A stretch of DNA of 40,002 nt. Origin: Bdellovibrionales bacterium. Lineage in GTDB: Bacteria > Bdellovibrionota > Bdellovibrionia > Bdellovibrionales > JAGQZY01. The notes under the pieces were generated by a model that was not told the origin of the DNA, did not search any database, and saw only the letters and a program-made list of their open reading frames with translations. Shown piece by piece: positions 7,230 to 15,467 of the stretch. The DNA lies in the NCBI GenBank assembly GCA_031426555.1, contig JANPLN010000034.1, forward strand, positions 1 through 40,002, in the 5' to 3' direction. The position numbers were made by a program, and so were the translations under genes. Position 1 is the first letter of the stretch. The number at the start of each line of letters is the position of its first letter.

Positions 7230-9959
7230 TTAAGACTTTTCGAGATTTTTTTGGATCGTCTCGATCAAGCGTTCGCGCTGCAGCGGTTTAGTTAAATAAT
7301 CCGAACATCCAGATTCGAAACAACGGTCTCGCTCCTCGCGCATCGCATGGGCCGTCAGCGCTATAATGGGTTTTGAAAAACCAAACTCACGAAGCTTGCG
7401 GGTGGATTCGTGCCCGTCCATCCTCGGCATCTGAATGTCCATGAGCACGATGTCGGGAGTGTTTTTCATCGCGTATTGAAACCCCTCTCGACCATCATGG
7501 GCGATGATCAATGTGGCTCCCGTGCGTCGCAGATACGTTGAAATCAACGTGCGATTGTCTGGAGAATCCTCCACCAAAAGAATGGTTTTTCCCACAAAAA
7601 CGCCGTTTTCGCTGGGCAGTGGATTTACCAGAATTTCCGCCGGCGGTGTGAGCGCAAACTGCACCATCTTTGTTCCTGAGTTTGGAGGTAAACTCACTGT
7701 AACTACAAAGCAGCTCCCTTTGCCAAGCGCGCTACTTTCCAATTGCAGATCCCCGTCAAATTGGTTCGCCAAACGCTTGGAAAGAATCAACCCTAAACCT
7801 GTGCCGCCAAACTTGCGAGTGAGCGATGGATCCGCCTGACTAAAAGCTTTGAAAAGGTTCATTGTGTTTTCCGGGGCAATACCAATACCCGTGTCGGTCA
7901 CTCTGATTGTAAAAACGTTGTCCGCGAAGTGTACATCTGTCGTCACGTGTCCTTTGTCTGTAAACTTAACGGCGTTTCCTACCACATTCGATAGAATTTG
8001 TTTAAAACGAAGTGGATCGCCAACGACTTCTTCGGGTATGGGACCATTAACATTTAATTGAAATTGAATTCCCTTTTCAGACGCTTTTAGCGACATCACA
8101 GCGTCGAAGTCGTTAAAAAAGTCGTTCAAATTAAACACCGAGTGTTCAAAGGTGATCTTCCCCGCTTCTACTTTCGAAAGATCTAAAATGTCGTCAATCA
8201 AACGCAATAACTGCTTGGAATTACGTTCTATGATTAGGGTAAAGTTATGTTTATCTGAATCCGAGTGGCCAGGCTTGTTGAGCATTTCGGCAAAACCCGT
8301 AATTGCACCAACGGGAGTGCGTATCTCGTGGCTCATGTTAGCTAAAAATTGCGTTTTAGCATCGTTGGCTTGCTCGGCAATAATTTTAGCCTCGTTCAAT
8401 TGCTGAACCAAAACCTTTTGATTCTCAATATCAGTGCAAGTTCCTACCCAGTACATGATTTTTCCGAGCTCGTCGCGCATTGGAGTGCCACGGGTTTGAA
8501 ACCAGCGGTAGCTTCCATCAAATCGTCGAATTCGATATTCAATATCGTAGGCGTGGTTTTCACCCACCGCGCCCATCCAGTGAGCATGAGTTCGTTCGCG
8601 ATCGTCTGGATGAATTGTCTTTAGCCACTCGAAGCCCAGTTGCTTCGCCGCTTCGACGCCTGTGTACTTTTCCCACTGCTGACTCAAATAATTGCAATAC
8701 CCGTCAGACAAACACGTCCACACGAGCTGTGGAATGGCCGTGGTTAAGGTGACATACCGCCGCTCGCTCTCCATAAGTCGGTCTTTGGCTTTCACCTGCT
8801 CGGTGGTGTCGCGAAAAAAGATGGCCACTCCATTGTCTCGAGTTTTGTAGGCGTGAACTTGTAACACACGCCCATCATAGGTTTCTTCGAAGCGATTGCT
8901 TTTTCCAGTGCGGGCGATCTCCTCATAGTGGCGCAAAAATTTTTTCAAATCGCTCGTCGGGAATAAATCTTGAATTTTTTTGCCCAACAGATCGTTGCCG
9001 GTGACGGCAAAGAATTTCTTGGTCACTGGATTTGCAAAAGTGATGCTCCACTGGGAATCAATGATAAAGAACCCGTCTGTTGTGCGCTCGAGGAGGTCGT
9101 AAAGATCCGTCTGTAGCTCTTCCTTTTCCGCATCCTTTTTCTTTTTTTCGGTCATATCCAACGTCAAGCCATCAAAACTGATAGGTTTGCCTGTGGTATC
9201 GTAGGCTGTCCAACCGACGGCACGAATCCATTTCCACACGAGCGGGTTTTCTGGGTCGATTGTTTTGTATTCGATGTCATAGGCTTTGTGGCTTTTAATT
9301 GCCTCCTGAATAGCCAATCGCGTTCGTTCCCGATCCTCCGGATGAATATGGTCGTAAAAAGTCTCGATGGTGACTTCGGCATCTTCTGAAACCCAAAAAT
9401 GCTCTTTGGTTTTTTTATTCCAATTCAATCTATCAAACGGCAAATCACAATACCAAATCCCTAAATCAGTCGCACTGGATAAACGCATCAGTCGAGAACC
9501 GACAATTTTAAGTTCCTCTGTTCGCTGCTCGACTTTTCTTTCCAGGTCGCGTGCGAAGTTTTCTAGTTCGAGCTTTCTGCGCTCCGACAGTTGAGCAGAT
9601 TCAGCAAATGCAAATAACATATTTCGCATTTTAAAAAGATAAATAGCAGTACCTACAGACGCAGTTGCGGTGAGGGCTTTAATGGCTGCAGACGCCCAAT
9701 AGTCAGGATTCCAGAGTGTCCACACTTCCATAAAATGGGTGGTCCCGCAGGCGCCAATAAACAAACCAAAGCACACAACGATGGGACTGAATGGAATTTT
9801 AATTTTGCGAATAAGCGACAACAAAATGAGTGAAATTCCCAAGTAAGCAAAGCCAATCAATGAATCGGTGATGACCATGGTCCAAATCAAAAGTGAATCG
9901 GCCAAATAGCAATGAATATGGGGCATAAATCCGGGATTATTGAAGATGGAATCGAGCAT
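7230..9959 (-). CDS. Hybrid histidine kinase: ETR1-like 3-TM ethylene-binding domain, 3 PAS, HisKA, HATPase, REC
   Basis: TDSLIGFAY..I, FGLFIGACGTTH, IKALTA; PAS motifs IHPEDRER and IHPDDRER; MSHEIRTP; NAVKFT; DTGIG; GGTGLGL; MDIQMP. Confidence 0.9.
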   Translation of the reverse strand: MLDSIFNNPGFMPHIHCYLADSLLIWTMVITDSLIGFAYLGISLILLSLIRKIKIPFSPIVVCFGLFIGACGTTHFMEVWTLWNPDYWASAAIKALTATASVGTAIYLFKMRNMLFAFAESAQLSERRKLELENFARDLERKVEQRTEELKIVGSRLMRLSSATDLGIWYCDLPFDRLNWNKKTKEHFWVSEDAEVTIETFYDHIHPEDRERTRLAIQEAIKSHKAYDIEYKTIDPENPLVWKWIRAVGWTAYDTTGKPISFDGLTLDMTEKKKKDAEKEELQTDLYDLLERTTDGFFIIDSQWSITFANPVTKKFFAVTGNDLLGKKIQDLFPTSDLKKFLRHYEEIARTGKSNRFEETYDGRVLQVHAYKTRDNGVAIFFRDTTEQVKAKDRLMESERRYVTLTTAIPQLVWTCLSDGYCNYLSQQWEKYTGVEAAKQLGFEWLKTIHPDDRERTHAHWMGAVGENHAYDIEYRIRRFDGSYRWFQTRGTPMRDELGKIMYWVGTCTDIENQKVLVQQLNEAKIIAEQANDAKTQFLANMSHEIRTPVGAITGFAEMLNKPGHSDSDKHNFTLIIERNSKQLLRLIDDILDLSKVEAGKITFEHSVFNLNDFFNDFDAVMSLKASEKGIQFQLNVNGPIPEEVVGDPLRFKQILSNVVGNAVKFTDKGHVTTDVHFADNVFTIRVTDTGIGIAPENTMNLFKAFSQADPSLTRKFGGTGLGLILSKRLANQFDGDLQLESSALGKGSCFVVTVSLPPNSGTKMVQFALTPPAEILVNPLPSENGVFVGKTILLVEDSPDNRTLISTYLRRTGATLIIAHDGREGFQYAMKNTPDIVLMDIQMPRMDGHESTRKLREFGFSKPIIALTAHAMREERDRCFESGCSDYLTKPLQRERLIETIQKNLEKS

Positions 9960-9966
9960 TGCCGAG

Positions 9967-9994
9967 ACTATATAAAATTGTCTGCGAGTGTCAA
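9967..9994 (-). promoter_or_regulatory. sigma70-type promoter in leaderless geometry
   Basis: TTGACA(9994-9989)-16nt-TATAGT(9972-9967)-7nt-ATG(9959); the -35 overlaps the upstream gene's stop codon. Confidence 0.75.
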
Positions 9995-11469
9995 TCTGAA
10001 ATGGACTCGCAAAGATGCGCTAAACACTGCACAAGCTGTCCGTTTCCACCCCGCTCCGAGAGCGCTCCCGACGAACTTCCTGTCCATGAGTAAATATCTA
10101 GATGGGCCCATGGGGTTTCCCCCACGAAAGCTTCTAAAAACAGGGCCGCCGTGACAGCCCCACCAAAGCCTTCGTGGGCGTTGGCCAGATCGGCCACGTC
10201 TGATTTTAATTTACTTTTTTGCGAAGGATCCAGGGGCATGCGCCAGCAGTTATCTCCAGCTGCCTGGGCACTTTGTAGAATTTTAAGGGATAGCTTGTCG
10301 TTATTACAAAACAAGCCTGGGGTTACATCGCCGAGGGCCACTTTAATAGCGCCAGTGAGAGTGGCCAAATTTAAAACCCAATCCGGTTTCGATTCACAAG
10401 CCAAGGTCAACGTATCGCAAAGAACCAAGCGCCCCTCAGCGTCGGTGTTGTGGATTTCGACTGTTTTACCTGCTCGCGTAGAATAAATATCTCCTGGGCG
10501 AAACGCATTGTGGGCAATGGAGTTTTCGGCCAGTGCTAAATAAAAATCGGCATTGATTTTCGCTTTATTCATCACCAAATAATACGCCAGTCCCAGCACA
10601 GAGGCGGAACCACCCATATCTTTTTTCATGTCGCGCATTCCACCAGCAGGCTTAATATCTAAGCCTCCAGAATCAAATGTGATGCCTTTTCCAACAAAAC
10701 TGTAATGCTTTTTCTGCGCAGCTCCACGATAGGAAATCTTTACGAGAGCGGCTGGATGGTTCGAAGCCTGCCCCACAGCCACGTGCAGGTGATGCCCTTC
10801 CTTTTTGAGTTTTTCGTGATTCCAAACCTCGACTTTGCCTTTCGTATTTTTAAAAAGCTCTTTTACAAGGTCCACATAGGACGTCGGCTGAAGTTCGTTG
10901 GGTGGCAGGTTTACTAAGTGTCGCGAGAGATTGACGGACTCACCTAAGATTTTTGCCTTGGCAAAAACTTTTTTAGGCTCTCTTAGGTCTTTCGCATTGA
11001 GAAATATTTTTTTAGAATCCAACATCTTCTTTGGCCAGTAATTCTTAAAGCGATACTGTGCCATTTCGATACCGCAGATAAGTCCAGAAAATTCCTGGGC
11101 GTCTTTTCCGAGATAGTGAATTTCGATATTTTCAAAACTAACGGCGTCGCGATAGACTGCGCCCATGGCATCGCGTGCGACAGCAAAAGGGGTTAATTGA
11201 AATTGCCCCAGATGAGTGCTGGCTGCCGGAATGTCGATGTTAACAATCCAACCGGGTCCTCGTCGTCCGGAAAATTTTGTCATCAATGGCATTTTTTTAT
11301 CTTTTGGCTTTTGCCACTCAAGCCCGATTTCGGAGACCACGCGCGCGTTCACAGCTTCTTTGGCGCCAAAAAAGTAGACCTGCGCAAGAGGAGCTGACGT
11401 CTGGGTTTCGCCCCATTCAACGTCAGATAAAATCGATAGGGGGTGGAATCCCAACAAGCTGTTTGACAT
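9991..11469 (-). CDS. Leucyl aminopeptidase, peptidase M17 (PepA/PepB-like)
   Basis: GKGITFDSGG, MKKDMGG, NTDAEGRL, ATLTGA, HLDI; GAGGAG at 11481-11476 favours start 11469 or 11472 over 11580. Confidence 0.92.
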   Translation of the reverse strand: MSNSLLGFHPLSILSDVEWGETQTSAPLAQVYFFGAKEAVNARVVSEIGLEWQKPKDKKMPLMTKFSGRRGPGWIVNIDIPAASTHLGQFQLTPFAVARDAMGAVYRDAVSFENIEIHYLGKDAQEFSGLICGIEMAQYRFKNYWPKKMLDSKKIFLNAKDLREPKKVFAKAKILGESVNLSRHLVNLPPNELQPTSYVDLVKELFKNTKGKVEVWNHEKLKKEGHHLHVAVGQASNHPAALVKISYRGAAQKKHYSFVGKGITFDSGGLDIKPAGGMRDMKKDMGGSASVLGLAYYLVMNKAKINADFYLALAENSIAHNAFRPGDIYSTRAGKTVEIHNTDAEGRLVLCDTLTLACESKPDWVLNLATLTGAIKVALGDVTPGLFCNNDKLSLKILQSAQAAGDNCWRMPLDPSQKSKLKSDVADLANAHEGFGGAVTAALFLEAFVGETPWAHLDIYSWTGSSSGALSERGGNGQLVQCLAHLCESISD

Positions 11470-11490
11470 CATAGACTCCTCAGATAGACT
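11463..11490 (+). promoter_or_regulatory. sigma70-type promoter in leaderless geometry
   Basis: TTGACA(11463-11468)-16nt-TAGACT(11485-11490)-7nt-ATG(11498); no SD. Confidence 0.72.
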
Positions 11491-11497
11491 TTTAGAC

Positions 11498-12058
11498 ATG
11501 AACCTTCTGCTGGGCTCCGGTCTTTTACTTTTGCTGAACCTCTTACTCCCGGCAAGCTCTTTTGCAAAAGAAAGCAACAAAACTGTTCAGCGCACCTTCA
11601 TCGGATTTGGCCCCACCACTTACAGCAATCTCAATTCTCGCGGACTCGGAACCATCTTCACTGGCGGCTATGTTTGGAATTTAGATTCACAATTTGATCT
11701 CCAAGCTGCTTTGGATTTTGGCATATCGTTCAAACACAACGACGTTCGCTTTGTGGTGCCGCAATTGAAGGGTCGCTATATGTTTAGCGAAGACCCCGAA
11801 ACCAACTCATCGTGGTATGCCGGTGGCGGACTTGGCTTTGGTTACTCAAGCAATCACGAGGATGCCTCGTACATCAAAGACTCCATTATGAGCTTTGCCT
11901 TTAGCGCCGCCTTTGGAGTTAAGTTTTATCGAAATGGTGTGATGCCTCTGTTTGTTGAACTGGAACATACCATGTTTGTCGAAGAGTCCGCCCACGGAAC
12001 ACCTATCGCCACTTCGATCAAGGTGGGAATTGCGTTACCCAGCGGCAAGAAGAGATAG
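11498..12058 (+). CDS. Small outer-membrane beta-barrel protein
   Basis: Leu-rich signal peptide ending SFA; strands such as WYAGGGLGFGY and SIKVGIAL. Confidence 0.7.
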   Translation: MNLLLGSGLLLLLNLLLPASSFAKESNKTVQRTFIGFGPTTYSNLNSRGLGTIFTGGYVWNLDSQFDLQAALDFGISFKHNDVRFVVPQLKGRYMFSEDPETNSSWYAGGGLGFGYSSNHEDASYIKDSIMSFAFSAAFGVKFYRNGVMPLFVELEHTMFVEESAHGTPIATSIKVGIALPSGKKR

Positions 12059-12094
12059 AAGATAGCCATTTTGTGGATAAGTTCATCCTGAACG

Positions 12095-12114
12095 AAAAGG
12101 GCTGCTGCCCTTTT
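12095..12114. terminator. Intrinsic terminator, potentially bidirectional
   Basis: AAAAGGGC-TGCT-GCCCTTTT, 36 nt after the barrel gene stop. Confidence 0.65.
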
Positions 12115-12460
12115 AAACCCGTTTCGTCTGATCTTCCTGATCAGCCGAGCCTTTATTCAAATCATTCGTTTTCGAGATTAGATCATTAGTTCTGGGGATA
12201 CCATTTTCTTTGGAAGGTATTTATTTTTTGACATTCTCCATCAGAGCTTGACGAGGTTTCTGATTGTTTAATTCATACTTATTAAAGATTTCCAAGAGTA
12301 CATACCATGCGGTTTAGATAGATGCGACTTCGCATCGGGGCGAAGCCGTCTGGAGCTTTAGACGGGCTTGTGCGAGAAGTATTCTGAAGAGATTCAATTT
12401 TTAATTTCTATAAAAATCGGAATTTTAAAACCGGTGTATATTGTTTTTTTAGGAGCAAGT

Positions 12461-12775
12461 ATGGCCAAAAAAATGAGTTTTTTTAAACCAACAATCAAAG
12501 AATTTGGTGGATCACTTGCTGTAAAGGGAAAACGTAAAACAGAGCGAGTTTTAGACAGTCGTACCCCATTGCACTTTGTTTTGAAATCTAAAAAAAGCAC
12601 AAATCTTTATTCCCATCGAGTTCTTCTTCGTAAACTCCTTTATCTTTATGGGAAAAGATTTGGTGTCAAAGTTTGTAAGGAGAGTGTGCAGGAATATATA
12701 TTACTGAACGACTGTGAAGTGAACGGAATCGTACCTTATGCCGTGCGCAGTCCAAGGAGAAAACCTCCTTCTTAA
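12461..12775 (+). pseudogene. Internally deleted Y1 (IS200/RAYT-like) HUH transposase remnant
   Basis: AGGAG SD; N-terminal FGGSL..KRK..R.L....LHFVLKS and KRFGVKV join directly to C-terminal YILLN..E..G; the expected NHxH (HUH) segment is absent. Family recognised from memory. Confidence 0.6.
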
Positions 12776-12816
12776 GGACCTAGTACCACCCCTGTACCAA
12801 TCAACGAGTTATCCAA

Positions 12817-13026
12817 TTGCAACAATCAAGCTCTCGCGTGCTCAAAGCTATCGAAACCACTGAAGACCAAATGGAATCCATTCTTTCGGTTGTGCAAAAG
12901 CAAGCATCGTTATTCGAAGTGACAATGAGCAGTGAAACCGCTCCCACTGGCCAACAAGTCAGCGTTTACCAAATTTCTGATACGGGTGAGATGTGCCCAG
13001 TTTTAAAAGCTGTAAAAATTAAGTAA
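12817..13026 (+). other. Short ORF, probably the 3' remnant of a disrupted gene
   Basis: Frame open from 12784; no SD; protein-like composition; followed by a clean terminator. Confidence 0.4.
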
Positions 13027-13033
13027 AACTGCT

Positions 13034-13064
13034 GCGGGAGAGTTGTTTTCTCCCGCTTTCTTTT
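13034..13064 (+). terminator. Intrinsic terminator
   Basis: GCGGGAGA-7nt-TCTCCCGC-TTTCTTTT between convergent ORFs. Confidence 0.75.
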
Positions 13065-13076
13065 GGGCGGTGACGA

Positions 13077-13886
13077 TTATTTCTTCGCTCTATTTTCTGA
13101 TTCATTTTTTTGAATTTCGTTTTTTTGAATTTCCCAGAGTTTAAAGTAGCGGGTCATCCATCCCACAGCATCAAAGAACGCTGCAAAAAAACCGGGAATT
13201 CCATCCATAAACCCGCGTTTAAATAGATACCTACGAATAAAGCGGTTGTGCGGTTTGAAAACTAAATACTTGAGATGATTTTTAAAGTTCACTTTTTCGT
13301 TTTGGCTATGCAAAAACTTGGCTTCGAATGTGGAATAAAAATCAAACTTTTTCATAAATTGCGAAATATTTAAATACGGATAGTGCTCCATGGCCACATC
13401 CAGTGTACCCACAGCGCCGTTCACAATCAGTCGTTCGTGCACATGCTGATTGGCAAACGAACCGAAACCTCGTTTAAAAATTCGCAACTGATTGTCTGGA
13501 TACTGTCCGCCGTAGCGCAACCAACAACCAAAGTAATAATTTTTACGAGCCAGCTTAAAGCCCTTAGCCTCTGGGTTTTGCGCAATTTTTAATTTTAAAT
13601 CGTCAATGATCGCCTTGGGAAAACGTTCATCGGGATCAGCATAAAAAATCCAAGCTCCTGTGGCCACTTCAAACGCCGCAGAACGATTGATGTTTGCATT
13701 CATATGTCGTTTTTTTTGCAGCACGCGGATTCCCAGGGTTTGTGCAAATTCATAGGAACCATCTTTTGATTCACAGTCCACGTAAATCACTTCGTCCGCC
13801 AACGCTTTGAGCTGAGGCAGAAGTTCCTGGATATGTTCAAATTCGTCATTACCGATGCAAACAAACGTGAGCTTCATATTAAACAA
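13077..13886 (-). CDS. Glycosyltransferase family 2 (WaaE/KdtX-like LPS core beta-glucosyltransferase)
   Basis: VDCESKDGS, DPDER, YPDNQLRIF, VHE, GFMDGIPG; start 13886 or 13877. Confidence 0.85.
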   Translation of the reverse strand: MFNMKLTFVCIGNDEFEHIQELLPQLKALADEVIYVDCESKDGSYEFAQTLGIRVLQKKRHMNANINRSAAFEVATGAWIFYADPDERFPKAIIDDLKLKIAQNPEAKGFKLARKNYYFGCWLRYGGQYPDNQLRIFKRGFGSFANQHVHERLIVNGAVGTLDVAMEHYPYLNISQFMKKFDFYSTFEAKFLHSQNEKVNFKNHLKYLVFKPHNRFIRRYLFKRGFMDGIPGFFAAFFDAVGWMTRYFKLWEIQKNEIQKNESENRAKK

Positions 13887-15156
13887 ACATCACTAGGCAA
13901 TAAGTTTTCTTGCCCTTACGAACTACAACCATGGACTGATACAGAAGCTGATCTTGCTTTATCACGGCATCTTCTTTTTCCACACGCAGATTATTGACGT
14001 AGACACCGCCACCTTGAACATCTTTGCGCGCCATTCCCTTGGACGTAGCCAATTTACATTCGACGAGCAAATCCACGATGGTGAGTGTGGACATCTGGGT
14101 TTTCGGAATTTTAACCGACGGTGCTTCACTAAAAACCTCTAGCAGTAAAGGCTTGTCCAGTTCGCGCAGGTCTCCCGAAAACAGGGTCTGGGAGGCTTTT
14201 TCCACTTTTTTAAGTTCATCATCACCATGTACGAAGGCTGTGAGCTCGCGCGCTAATGCAACCTGAGGGGCGCGCTTCTCTGGAGCTTCGGTCATTTGTT
14301 TTTCCAAATCGGCAATGGCTTCGAGACTGAGGAAGCTAAAATAATGCAGCATCTTCATAATATCAGAATCTGGAATTCTGAGGAGAAACTGATAAAACTG
14401 ATAGACCGTGGTTTTTCGAGCATCAAGCCAGATATTGCCGGTTTCGGTTTTTCCAAACTTTCCACCGTCGGCCTTAGTGACGAGCGGTATTGTTAAGCCC
14501 GCCACGTCCTCTTTCACCGCCACACCCTGGGCGCGCATCTTGCGAATAAACTCAACACCGGCAGTGATATTTCCCCACTGATCGGAGCCGCCGATTTGCA
14601 TCTGGCAACTGTAGTTCTTGTTGAGCACAAAAAAATCATAGGATTGCAAAATCATGTACGAAAATTCGGTGAACGAAATTCCCGCTTCGCTCTCGATGCG
14701 GCTTTTTACCGAGTCCTTGGCCAACATGTAATTGACCGAAAAGTATTTGCCGACGTCGCGTAAAAAATCGATAAAGCCAAACTTTTCCATCCACGTGGAG
14801 TTGTTCACGATCATGGCTCCCTGGGGACCTTTTAAATCAATGAACTTTTCGATCACCTGACGAATGCCGTAAATATTTTTTTCGATGGCCACCTGGTCGA
14901 GAAGCTGGCGCTCTTGGCCCTTGCCACTGGGATCGCCGATCATGCCGGTGGCTCCGCCGATGAGGACAATGGGCTTGTGTCCTGCTTGTTGCAAACGACG
15001 CATTGTCATCAGCGGCAACAGGTGACCGATGTGCAAACAATCCGACGTGGGATCGATGCCGCAATAAAAAGTTCGTGGCGTGGATAACCACGCAGAAAGG
15101 TTCTCTTGGGTTGTTTGATAAACAAGCCCACGCGCCTTCAGATCTTCGAATATCAT
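13879..15156 (-). CDS. tyrS: Tyrosyl-tRNA synthetase
   Basis: YCGIDPT..LHIGH, QIGGSDQWGNI, KFGKT, C-terminal S4-like domain ending RKGKK. Confidence 0.97.
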   Translation of the reverse strand: MIFEDLKARGLVYQTTQENLSAWLSTPRTFYCGIDPTSDCLHIGHLLPLMTMRRLQQAGHKPIVLIGGATGMIGDPSGKGQERQLLDQVAIEKNIYGIRQVIEKFIDLKGPQGAMIVNNSTWMEKFGFIDFLRDVGKYFSVNYMLAKDSVKSRIESEAGISFTEFSYMILQSYDFFVLNKNYSCQMQIGGSDQWGNITAGVEFIRKMRAQGVAVKEDVAGLTIPLVTKADGGKFGKTETGNIWLDARKTTVYQFYQFLLRIPDSDIMKMLHYFSFLSLEAIADLEKQMTEAPEKRAPQVALARELTAFVHGDDELKKVEKASQTLFSGDLRELDKPLLLEVFSEAPSVKIPKTQMSTLTIVDLLVECKLATSKGMARKDVQGGGVYVNNLRVEKEDAVIKQDQLLYQSMVVVRKGKKTYCLVMFV

Positions 15157-15159
15157 ATT

Positions 15160-15381
15160 TTAGCCTTTGTGTCGGAAAGTGATAAGACCGTGCGTGGGGT
15201 CGTAGGGTGAAACACCCACAGTGACTTTGTCGCCCACAATCACCTTGATTTTAAAACGCTTCATTTTTCCACAAAGTCGAGCACTCACCTCAACTCCGTT
15301 ATCAAGCATTACTCTGTAGATTCCCCCGCCGGTAACGTCGGAAATCCTGCCTTCCAGTTGTATTAAATCGTCTTTTGCCAT
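15160..15381 (-). CDS. infA: Translation initiation factor IF-1
   Basis: MAKDDLIQLEG..GKMKR..I..GDKVTV.VSPYD..GLITFR; start ATG 15381, 73 aa. Confidence 0.95.
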   Translation of the reverse strand: MAKDDLIQLEGRISDVTGGGIYRVMLDNGVEVSARLCGKMKRFKIKVIVGDKVTVGVSPYDPTHGLITFRHKG

Positions 15382-15415
15382 TGGTTTATTAGTACTTGAG
15401 GATGCCGCAAAAGGC

Positions 15416-15443
15416 AAAAAAAAAGGGGATGTGAATCCCCTTT
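15416..15443 (-). terminator. Intrinsic terminator of the subtilase gene
   Basis: Minus strand GGGGAT-TCAC-ATCCCC followed by 9 T. Confidence 0.85.
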
Positions 15444-15467
15444 CTTATAAAGAATTTAAGCCGGCCT

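Noticed and set aside
11473..11580. N-terminal extension of the aminopeptidase to 11580
   Set aside because: It overlaps the signal-peptide coding region of the divergent barrel gene; the SD supports 11469/11472
12072..12080. Perfect DnaA box TGTGGATAA
   Set aside because: Single copy, no cluster and no oriC-type gene context
12114..12310. Minus-strand peptide run AWYVLLEIF..VKK* IPSKE..KRV* as a pseudogene
   Set aside because: No start or recognisable family; cannot be told from chance in AT-rich DNA
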